Shown piece after piece: positions 13,410-23,968 of a stretch of 64,000 nucleotides of DNA. Below the pieces are notes generated by a model, which made no database searches, was not told where the DNA came from, and worked only from the letters and a program-made list of their open reading frames with translations. The translations under genes and the position numbers were made by a program. The number at the start of each line of letters is the position of its first letter. Position 1 is the stretch's first letter. Source of the stretch: Octopus sinensis (lineage: Eukaryota); the NCBI RefSeq assembly GCF_006345805.1, contig NC_042997.1, positions 100,936,001-101,000,000 of the forward strand, given 5' to 3'.

Positions 13410-13942
13410 ATTTTATTTGATGGCACATTTTATAAAACATTTTATAAATCATTTGATGCCACATTTTATAAAACATAAAATCACGATATTAGAAACATGA
13501 ACAATTTCATCATTTTAATCTTTTTTCCTCTTCTTATAAATATTTACTGTACTGCTTTTTTCTACATTTAATACAGTAGTCACACTTATTTTATATATTT
13601 CTTTGTTGCTTTTTTTGATAATATAAATCTTTGAAGTAACTGGGATTTTGTTTTTTTTTGGTACAAAGAAAGAAATTTTCAAGGGAAGAAGTTGTTGACT
13701 ACCACTACACCCAATGCTTCTTTTATCTTTTACTTCTTTTAATTATTAAATTGTGACCATCCTGGGACACTGAGTTGAAGGGTTTTGGGTGGATAAATTG
13801 AATTTCTTTCTTCTAAGCCTGGTACTTATTCTATTTGTAAGTTTTTGCTGAACTGCTAAATTATGGGGGATGTAAACAAATCAAAACAAGTTGTCACGTG
13901 GTGGTGGTGGACAAACACAGATGCAAAGACAAACACACACAC

Positions 13943-13986
<44 letters not shown>

Positions 13987-14287
13987 TTGTGTGTATATAT
14001 ATAAAAGGTAAAAAATTGCCTGGAAAGGTGACAAAGAAACACAGGAAATGGGAAGAAAATGTACAAAACATGAGCATACTCATCTCTCATCAGTTGTCAA
14101 CCAAAACACTTCAAAATTTCGAACCATTTTGAAGGCACCAACAGCAAAAACGCTACTGAAATAAATAAGTGGAGATATAAGACAGAAAGAACAGCAAGGA
14201 TGGTGATGAAAACACGAACACATAATAAACAACAACAGAAAAGGATGAGACATGAACAATGTACACACATCCTTGCTGTACGTACAA

Positions 14288-14327
<40 letters not shown>

Positions 14328-14479
14328 ACATTCATATAAGGCAGCATTAAGAGGAGACACATGTTGAATTTAAAAAAAATAAGAAGTAGGAAAAAGATGT
14401 CCTATAGGACTTAAAAAGGAATGTAGAGAGGTAGAAAGATATGTGTGTGTGTGTGTATACAGCAGATTTGAGCTGGGCT

Positions 14480-14775
14480 CAAATCTCATTTGCAAACCCA
14501 TGGAAAACGAATCTCCACCAACTATTCGGCCTATATGTCTGTGCACACCTTTCAAAGCAATGTATGCCAGAAGGTTTGCAAATCTAACAGAAGCCTCAAA
14601 AGACATTTTAAGATACACAAATATCAGAACTTAACTGCAGCTCTTGGTGGTCCAAGTTGGATATGCAATCTATGTGGATGTCTTTTCAAAACATTGTCTG
14701 GTTTAAAAAGCCATGATGGTTCTAAGGTGTGAATACAGGAGGTGATCAAACTCTGCATAAGGAATAGACAACCAC

Positions 14776-14780
<5 letters not shown>
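14480..14780 (+). mobile_element. C2H2-bearing fragment, probably an RTE-type LINE 3' end
   Basis: NVCQKVCKSNRSLKRHFKIH...CNLCGCLFKTLSGLKSH, then a short UTR ending in (TA)n. No TGEKP linker. Confidence 0.5.
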
Positions 14781-14810
<30 letters not shown>

Positions 14811-14813
<3 letters not shown>

Positions 14814-14966
14814 ATAGGCTTCTTTCAGCTTTCATCTACCAAATCCTCTTACAAGGCTTTGGTTGGACAGGTTGGACTATAGAAGAAGACACTTGGCAAA
14901 GCTGCCATGCAGTGGGACTAAACCTGGTACCATGTGGTTGTGGGTTCTTACCACACAGCCATATGC
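14811..14966 (-). mobile_element. SINE family C, 5' portion
   Basis: tRNA-like head and ctaccaaatcc..cacaaggctttgg core. Confidence 0.7.
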
Positions 14967-15076
14967 AGGCAAAATTCTACTAAATTGAACTCAGTATATA
15001 AAAAGAGAAAACAAATACTGCAAAATGTCAAGATAGATACTCTAATGATTCTGTTACTCCATCAGTCTGTATTTAA

Positions 15077-15278
15077 CCCTTCAGCATTCAAACTGACCAT
15101 ATCTGGCCCAAATATTCTACCTGTTTTATATTCCAACTGGCCAGCTCTAGACTCTCATGCATACCTAACAATATAAACAATCACACCATGAAACTCTTGA
15201 AGCTACAAAACAATTTATGCTTAATTCAAAACAATCTGAATATATTAGATTTGACAGAGTAATCTGAATGCTAAAGGG
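15077..15278. mobile_element. piggyBac-type MITE
   Basis: TTAA on both sides. TIRs CCCTTCAGCATTCA / TGAATGCTAAAGGG. Confidence 0.85.
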
Positions 15279-15742
15279 TTAATATAAAATAGTTAAGACG
15301 TGTTATAAACATACTTTTCATAGCAAACTTTTGACGGTCAACAATTTTTACATCAATTAAACATATATCTATATCCCAATTAAACAGATTTATATTATAC
15401 AGCTCATATTACTTTTTGAGCAGTTTAATATGGTGGTAGTGGTGGTGATGGTGGTGGTTTTGCTGGCAATGATAAAGCGGAAGTAACAGGATCAATGATC
15501 TTTACTTATTCACTGTGTAGTGTTATCATTATTACAGCTAGCACAGTTCATTGGTCATGTTAGAAAACTTCAGGGTTCACCTGATTATGGTGAGGCTCAT
15601 TCAAAGCTGGTATTTGATCCAGGTTAGATGTGAAATGTCAGTACAATTTCAAACCACTCATCAAATACACACGGTTTATCTCAGGATTGCAAGTATATAC
15701 ATTTAAAAGTAGAGTATATGATACAGTTTTAAGTAACAGAAC

Positions 15743-16068
15743 GTGAGGGCGCGTGGCTTAGTGGTTAGGGCATTCGGCTCAAGATCGTAAGGTTGTGAGT
15801 TCGATTCCCGGCGACGCGTTGTGTCCTTGAGCAAGACACTTTATTTCACGTTGCTCCAGTCCACTCAGCTGGCAAAAATGAGTTGTACTTGTATTTCAAA
15901 GGGTCAGCCTTGTCACTCTCTGTGTCACGCTGATTATCCCTGAGAACTACGTTAAGGGTACACGTGTCTGTGGAATGCTCAGCCATTTGCACGTTAATTT
16001 CACGAGCAAGCTGTTCCGTTGATCGTATCAGCTGGGACCCTCGTCGTCGTAACCGGCGGAGTCTTTAG
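15743..16068 (+). mobile_element. tRNA-derived SINE with CORE-like central domain
   Basis: A box TGGCTTAGTGG, B box GTTCGATTCCC, central ttgtgtccttgagcaagacac. 12-bp TSD AAGTAACAGAAC. Confidence 0.92.
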
Positions 16069-16410
16069 AAGTAACAGAACAGAATAAATGAACTGGAACT
16101 ATTTATAAAAAATTAATTCTTCACCATAGAGTCCTTCCATTGCCTTTAATTGATAAATGAAGGTTTCCTCAAAAATCATAGGCCCCTTCCCAAATGGCCA
16201 GTTTATGCCTGCTCTGCTGTACAGCTCTGGTTCAAACACCAGGATGTGTATACTTTGTTATAGTCACAGTATAAGGAATGAAAAGAAATGAAAATGCAGA
16301 AAGCTATTAATCCATCCATATCTATCCATCTATCCATTCAACTGTCAATCTGTCACTCAGATGGGCATAAAAGTCACATTAAGTATTTACTACCTGTAGG
16401 AAAAGATTTT

Positions 16411-16618
16411 TATTTCTTTATTGCCCACAGGAGGCTAAACGTAGAAGAAGCAAACAAGGACAGACAAAGGGATTAAGTCGATTACATCGACCCCCAGTGC
16501 ATAACTGGTACTTATTTAATTGACCCCAAAAGGATGAAAGGCAAAATCAACCTTGGTGGAATTTGAACTCAGGACGTAACGGCAGACAAAATACCGCTAA
16601 GTATTTCACCTGGCGTGT
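16411..16618 (-). mobile_element. SINE family A, 5'-truncated
   Basis: Reverse complement of the family A body. Confidence 0.8.
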
Positions 16619-17041
16619 GAAGACCAGTTTTGTTTTGATGAATAAGGAATCTCCTCTCTAACATATAATTGTTCTTCATGAGCCAGAGGATCATAAGGTC
16701 AGCTACCCAGTTTCCATGGCATATAAGTGACTGAGATCACAACGTTCCCTCTGAGTGGGATGCTGGAGGGAAGAAGATAAGTTGATTACGTCAGTCCTCG
16801 TTCTTGACTGGTACAGTATTTTATCAGCATATAATTAATCGTTAAATATTTGTGTATTAGCTCACATACTTAGTCAAGTGAACCAAAAATAAATTTTAAT
16901 CGATTGAAATTAAAACCACGTTGGAAAAAAAGTCATTTACATTAACGGAAATTTTCCCTTTAAGAAATACATGGGAGAGAACTCTGTGATGTGAATTGAA
17001 TAAAAATGAAATGGAAAATTGAGAATGAATAGGGTCAGGTC

Positions 17042-17270
17042 TCACCATATACGTACATGGTGTTTGTTCCATCTTCGCAGATGAATATCATCACTTTGTG
17101 TCTCCCCATTGTCAATGGCATTTTTTACTTTCCATCCATAACCTTTCAGATAACTGCTTAGTCCCATTGTAGATCTGCATGGTTTGAAGCATAGCTGGCA
17201 AAAGTAATCATTGCGTACTTCCACACACATAACCAATCTTCTATGACCATAAGGACTTTCTGTAACAGAA
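17042..17270 (-). mobile_element. RTE-type LINE 3' remnant with degenerate zinc finger
   Basis: FCQLCFKPCRSTMGLSSYLKG. Confidence 0.4.
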
Positions 17271-17701
17271 TGACAAATGAGCTCACCATAAAGAGACATC
17301 TGTACTTCTTTGAATGATAGCGATAAACACAAGTACCACTCTCCAGTCTCTATCATTAGTACCTAGTGACAGACCGAAGTGAGATGGCTTGGGGAAACTG
17401 CAGGTTTTACATTAGAGTGCCCTTCTCCAAGAAGGATGCCATGAACAACAGCTAGGGGTTCCTAACTCCAGGTAGTTTTACACTCTGACACCAAATATGG
17501 GTATTTTTATGTTCCTATCCTCAAATGGGATAGCATCACATATGCTGGTTAACCCATAGCTGGGACCTGACAGATGCTAGTACTCCAGGTCAGAGTAAAC
17601 CAGGGAACAATAATAACTATGAAGTGGTTCCACACTCTTCAAATCCTGGAAGTCCCAAGCTAGATACTCATGACTGGGTGCAGTTTAAGGTCATACCCAG
17701 G

Positions 17702-17735
<34 letters not shown>

Positions 17736-17782
17736 TCATGCAAAATAGACACACAAATACAAATACAAACACACATACATAT

Positions 17783-18187
17783 ACTCTTTTACTCTTTTAC
17801 TTGTTTCAGTCATTTGACTGTGGCCATGATGGAGCACCACCTTTAGTTGAGCAAATCGACCACAGGATTTATCCTTTGTAAGCCTTGTACTTATTCTATT
17901 GGGCTCTTTTGACGATCCGCTAAGTTATGGGGATGTAAACACACCAACATCAGCTGTCAAGCGATGTTAGGGGGATAAACACAGACACATAAACATATAC
18001 ACACTCATATATACATATATATGACGGACTTCTTTCAGTCTTTCTGTCTACCAAATCCACTCACAAGGCTTTGGTCAGCCCAAGGCTATAGTAGAAAACA
18101 CTTGCCTAAAGTGCCACGCAGTGAGACTGAACCTGGAACCATGTGGTTCATAAGCAAGCAACTTACCACACAGCCACTCCTACGCCT
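17783..18187 (-). mobile_element. tRNA-derived SINE family C
   Basis: Full head-to-tail copy ending in (GTAAAAGA)n on the minus strand. Confidence 0.88.
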
Positions 18188-18299
18188 ATTCACTTGTACA
18201 TAAAAATATATTTATACATTTGAATATACATACATACATACATACATATGAAGGATGTGATTACCACAGATAAAAACTACTTCGATCATATGTCTACTT

Positions 18300-18894
18300 G
18301 GCACTGTCATGCCTTTGGATGTCAGAAGTGAAAGAAGAAAAATCTGACGTCATTTTGACGTCACACTTTTTCTCGTCCATCTTCGTTTCTTTCCGTATAA
18401 TTTATCAAATTAAAAAACGCAAAATCAAAAACGCGTGTAAATATATCAAATTAATAAACGCAAATTATTTAGAATGTAAAAATCAAATATATCAAATTAA
18501 TAAACGCAAATTATTTAGAATGCCAAAGGTCGGAAATTATGGTTGTACCAGGCAATATACGCTCTCGTATAATTTGTAAAAGAGTGTCCGCTGTCCGATC
18601 TTCCACTGTCACTAAAATACATCTTCTGGTATCTCTTTCTAAAGCACCAAACACCCACTGCGTTTTAACCCGATGGCCAACATTAAATTTTCTCCTAACA
18701 AACGCGGTTTCGTCTATCTCTACGATTCTGTTGGGTCCTCCCAGCTTAATATTCTGTGCAACATAATATTCTGCACATATATCGCGGCAAAAATTCCTCC
18801 AATCTGTCACGGCTACATTTGCTAAATGAAATTCCTGTCCTATTCCTTTTGCTAAATCTTCTTTGGCCCAGTAAAACAACAACACAATGTACAA
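18300..18894 (-). mobile_element. Merlin (IS1595/ISXO2-like DDE) transposon fragment
   Basis: ORF 18511-18894 contains LGGPNRIVEIDETAF.RRKFNVG...QWVFGALER...VEDRTADTLLQIIRERILPGTTIISD.W. There is a 38-bp subterminal tandem duplication. Confidence 0.85.
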
Positions 18895-20779
18895 GATTTA
18901 ATCAGCATTACTACTGAGTCAAAGAACTTACAAATTGAAACTTTCATTGTTCAAGGAAACCATTGTATTGTAACTTACCCTGCAAAAACAACCCTCAAAT
19001 GATACTGCTGACAATATTCAAAATAAGGAAGAACATTGAATCTGCAGTATGGTCTCAGCTATGTTCATTAAATCAAGGTGATTAACTGAATAATATTGGA
19101 CAGGTTGCACTGTGTCTGAATAAAGATAGTAACATGGAGTTTGAAAGAGGTTTAACCAATATTTCTAGCAGATCAAATGACAATATGAAGGCTCTTGCAT
19201 TGACATGTGTTGTTGCCTCTGTGTCTCTCTATTTCTGTTGGTCATAAAAACGTTCTCATTCAGTACAAAAGGTAAGCAGATAGTATGAACCAAGCATAAA
19301 AAATGTGAAGTTGTATGGTAGTGAATCATGGGCATTAAATGCAAAAGATCTGAAAAACGTTTGAGAAAAACAAGGCAAACATAATCTACTGGATGTGCAA
19401 CATTAAACACTCAAGAAAGTAGAGTACAAGGGAAACCAGGCAGGTATTAAAGGTATCAGATTAAGTAAGCAGAGAGATAACTGTGCTGCTATGGACATGT
19501 CATGTAAATGTCATTTAAATGGACAATGAGTATTGTGGGGAAAAGTGCAATGAATCATCAATAAGAATGGTTTAGCCTGCATGTTGGTCTAGTGTAACCT
19601 GGAGAACAAAGGTGAAGTTTATGACTATCTATTGGTTCTACTCCCTTAAAAAAAGAAACAAAAAAATCTACAGCCTTTTCTTTGAATTTCAAGAGGACTA
19701 CCACCTTCCAGAGACCCATGAATTTGTAGTCCATGAATGATATATTGAATGATTAGGTCCAGTCAATAGATTGGATCTGGGCATCCAACATATACCATAC
19801 TGCTAAGTTGTTGACATATAGTGGTTAATCAAATGTGGTGTATGGTTGCAGTTTGGGTATGTTGCATATTCTCTTAGAAAATAACTAGAGTGTCAAGAAC
19901 AAGTTCCTCTAGCTTGTTTACAAAATGCATGAAATGATGAAAAATAGTCCTTGTTATTTCTATATGTTTTTAGGTTTTAGTGGTGACCACAACAGAGACA
20001 GGGAATGTGCACATGGTTTAAAGTAAGGAACAATCTCTCATAACAAATTATTGGGTAGCAATTGTATGAGTATTTAGTTGAAAAACTATTTGTTCCAAAA
20101 TATTAACTACAGTTTGTCCCTCTTTGTTTGATTCTTGCTTTGAAATATTTGTTAAATTTCATACTGCTGTTTCTCATTCATTTTGATAAATATAAAAGCA
20201 TCTATAATTTGTAAAATTTTCAACTCATGGAAAAGAGAATTATTTAGTATTAATGGACAGGGCATATAAGAGAAGGGGTGGTTCTGAGAGCTTCCCTAAC
20301 AAAAAAAAACCCCCCAAAAAAAACAAAATCAAAAAACACCCCCTCTCCCAAAAACAAAAACAAAACAAACCTAAACTCCCCAAAACCAAAACTAAAAACA
20401 AAACAGAGTGTTAAATGTAGAGGAACTCCTCCTCTATTCTGGAGTTCCAAAGTAGTCTTGTTTTACCCCTTGCTAACTTTCAGGGACCCTGTTAGAGAAA
20501 CATATTTATTAATAAAATTTTTCACAAGAAATATAATAAAAAGAAAATTTTTTGAGAACCTTAGAAAACTTTTCAGAGAGCTTTCCTTCCCCAGAACTCA
20601 AAAGCAGTCTCATTCTATGCCTTGCCAAATTTCTGTCAGAGGCCCTGTAATTATGGAAACAGCATAAATGTGCCAGTAACAGTAAAGTGATAAATAAAAT
20701 TAAATAGCAATGCAGTATTTTCAAAGCTGAGTTGGAGGAAAAAGAGTAATGCCTGTGACATTCGCTCAATCTTTGAAAC

Positions 20780-21905
20780 TGAAGGCAAGGAAACTGATAC
20801 ATCAGATACAGTCCTTCTTTCAAGTAATCAAAAAAAAAATGTGTTCCTTATTTTGCTCAAGAAAATGGTTAGGTGAATTGTACAGATCCTAGTGGAGTAA
20901 AAGGAAAATTTGGCATAAGTTACAGCCCTGATGAATGGAAACCCTTTATTGATTCTTCCAAGAGAAGTCTTAAAGCTGTTCTATTGCATAATGGTAATAA
21001 ATATGCTTCCATCCATGTTGGACTCTCAGTGATCATGAAGAAAACATGAAAATTTGGAGTTACTTTTACACAAGATTAAATTCAAAGATCACAACTCGAG
21101 CTTTGTAATGACTAGAAAATAATTTGCATGTTACTTGGACAACAGTCAGTCTAGTCAGACTTTCTTTGTTTCTTGTGTAAATGGGACAGTAGAAACAGGA
21201 ACCTCTCATTGGTTTAAAACATAATGGCCAAAGAGGGATACATTTATATCAGGAACAAAGAACAATCTTTGAGAAAGATTGGTTGATCTGAAAAGGTTCT
21301 TTTGCTGCCTCTACATATAAAACTGGGCAATGAAGCAATTTGCAAAAAGTTTTGTTACATGCTGGAAAGGGCTTTGAATATTTGCATAGCAAGTTTCCTG
21401 TTCTATCAGGTACCATGGCTAAAGAGAATGTATTTGTAGGACTGGTAATAAGGAAACTTGTCAAAGATTAAAAAGTTTGAAAACTATCTCAATGATTCTG
21501 AAAAAGATGCATGCATTAGTTTTAAACATGTGATGAAGAACTTCTTGGAGAATCACAAGAATCCAAACTACAAAGACAAAGTGAGAAGAATGTTGGAAAA
21601 GTTCGGGTTCTTAGGATGTAAAATGTGTATTGCAGTTAATTTCTTACATGCCCATTTGGATTTCTTTCTGGAAAATCTGGAAGTGAGGTGAGTGAGGAGC
21701 AAGGGGAAAAGTTTCATCAAGACATAAAGGAGATGGAAATATTACAAGAAAAGATGGAATGTCAAAATGATGGCTGACTATTGTTGCTTTGTCAATGATC
21801 ATCAAATGCTTAATGAAAGAGTTCCAAGCATAGTTTTCAAGTGAAAAATAAAGAATTTTGATGTGCTAAATCCCAAAAAATGGACGGAACCCTTGTATAA
21901 ATCTA
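20780..21905 (+). pseudogene. Decayed DNA transposase, probably Chapaev3/CMC-type
   Basis: Frameshifted motifs FIDSSKRSLKAVLLHNGNKYASI, PLHIKLG, FLHAHLDFF and KMMADYC. The family name comes from recall and was not verified. Confidence 0.65.
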
Positions 21906-22407
21906 TTTTCTCACCTTTCAATTGCACTTGTACCATCTTTATTTTGCTAACCACAGCACCAAATTCATTTCTATCTGTTCCATTTTGTCTACCGTATGTG
22001 AATTTACTTACAGATTATGATATAATTTATCATTAAATTATGAAAAAAAACCTAAAGTAATAGAAAAGAGCGTTTTTGATATTTCGAATTAGCCCTGCAA
22101 AAATATACAAAGTAACATACAGTTATCAAAATAATTTTCAATACGTTCCATTTCGCAGACATTTCATGGAAACTAACTCTTGCATAAACTTAATAGAGTT
22201 GTTTCCCTTTGATATTTAATACCTTTAGTGTAATATATTTAATAGCTTAGTGTAGCTATTATGTGTAGCTTTAATGTGGTGATGGAAATATATTAAAAAT
22301 ACTTATAAATTAGCACAATGACCAATATTATTTTAAGCATTTCACCAATCACAGAAATCACTTCAAGTCCGGATCTCTGCAGAGTATGAACTTATTTGAC
22401 GATATAT

Positions 22408-22600
22408 CTTTTACCTTTCACTTGTTTCAGTCACTAAACTGCGGCGATGCCTTGAAGGGCAAGTCGATCCCTGTATATATATTTTTAAACCCGATACTTA
22501 TTCGATCGGTGTCTTTTGCCGAACCGCTATGTTACGGGAATAACAAACCGGTTGTCAAGCAGTGGTGGTGGAAAAGACAAACACAAATACACGCATAGAT
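22408..22600 (-). mobile_element. SINE family C, 3' portion
   Basis: cttgtttcagtca...gccgaaccgcta..gttgtcaagc. Confidence 0.7.
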
Positions 22601-22612
22601 ATATACACACCC

Positions 22613-22706
<94 letters not shown>

Positions 22707-23968
22707 AGTAGAGGGTAACCTAGTTAAAAAGCTAGAAAAGGCGATTTGAAGTGGCATAGCATCCGACGTTTTGGCGGCGAGGTTGACCCTCAACCAACAC
22801 TTCAACGCCAAACACGAAGAAGGGTGTGTTGTCAGAGCTAGGGTGCGTGCTCTAAGGAACGAAGGTGTTGAAGTCGCGCGAGAGGCCCGGGTGGCGGAGG
22901 TACAACAGGGCAACAAAGCCACCATTCGCTCTCTGGTAGATGAACAGGGGCGCGAATTACTCGAGCCAAGTAAAATGTGTGAGGCCTTTCAACAGCATTT
23001 TGCTCGACTGTTCGGGACGAGTGGCGAGCGAGAACGCAGGGTGTCACGACTCTCGGCGGCGGAAGTGCGGGACACGATGGCAGAATGCTCGAGGGACAAA
23101 TCGCCGGGATCGGATGGCCTACCCTACGAACTTTACAGTTGTATACCAGACTTGTTTGGAGACGTCTTGGCAGCAGTGTACTGCAACTGGCAGCAAAACG
23201 GGAGCATCCCCGGTTTTGTGAGCTGAGGAGCCGTAACGCTACTGAAGAAAGATCCAAACAAGGGGGACGTAATAGGTAACTTTAAGCCCATCACTCTGCT
23301 CAATGCAGACTTGAAAATTTTGGCCAAGGTGCTTGCCAAGAGGTTGGCGCTTGTCATGGAGAAACTGGTTGACAAGGCGCTAACGTGCGTCGTGCCGGGC
23401 CGGAACATCCATGACAACCTGGAGGTTGTCATGTCCATTTGGATTTCTTTCTGGAAAATCTGGAAGTGAGGTGAGTGTGGAGTAAGGGAAAAAGTTTCAT
23501 CAAGACATAAAGGAGATAGAAAGAAGATTACAAGAAGAAATGTAATGTCAAAATGATGGCTGACTATTGTTCCTTCGTCAATGTTCATCAAATGCTTAAT
23601 GAAAGAGTTCCAAGCATAGTTTTCAAGTGAAAAATAAAGAATTTTGAGAAGCTAAACCTAAAAAAAAATGGACGGAACCCTTGTATAAATCTATTTATAC
23701 AAGATTATGATGTGCTACATCGTTGACAGGGTAGTTAAAGAACCTGGCATGGGTGGGGCGCTGATCAATTTGGAACAATCGAAAGCTTTCGATAGGGTAG
23801 ACCACCGATACTTGGAGGTTGTTCCCATAGCGGCTGGTTTCGGTCTCCTCTTCCGCAGCTGGATAGCTGCATTATACAGAGGACCGGATCTCCAAACGGA
23901 GAAGAGCTGGGACGACATAACGAGTAAGGTGGTTACTCCCGCCCGGCAATGGGCCGAGAGAAAGCTGT
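22707..23968 (+). mobile_element. Tx1/L1-clade LINE ORF2 fragment (5'-truncated, internally deleted)
   Basis: RT motifs KSPGSDGLPYELY, FKPITLLNADLKILAKVLA and LEQSKAFDRVDH. Starts immediately after (ATCT)n at 22612-22706. Confidence 0.85.
23435..23696 (+). repeat. About 260-bp copy of 21652-21907 inserted into a LINE RT region
   Basis: Roughly 85-90% identical by eye to the 3' part of the transposase fossil. The LINE reading resumes after the insert. Confidence 0.85.

Noticed and set aside
15743-15820. tRNA-like sequence with A and B boxes (also the heads of SINE C copies and 46135-46190)
   Set aside because: It continues into a SINE body with a TSD, and no complete cloverleaf is evident, so it is not a tRNA gene.
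18439-18522. 38-bp direct repeat with short spacer (similar short duplications at 41166-41205, 46770-46810, 51965-52165 and 54345-54400)
   Set aside because: Only two units each, all inside mobile elements or flanks. They are not CRISPR-like arrays.
19169-19271. Exon-like segment (tttctAG ... aaaag/GTAAGC) containing MKALALTCVVASVSLYFCWS
   Set aside because: The signal-peptide-like frame stops before the donor, and no frame is open across the whole segment.
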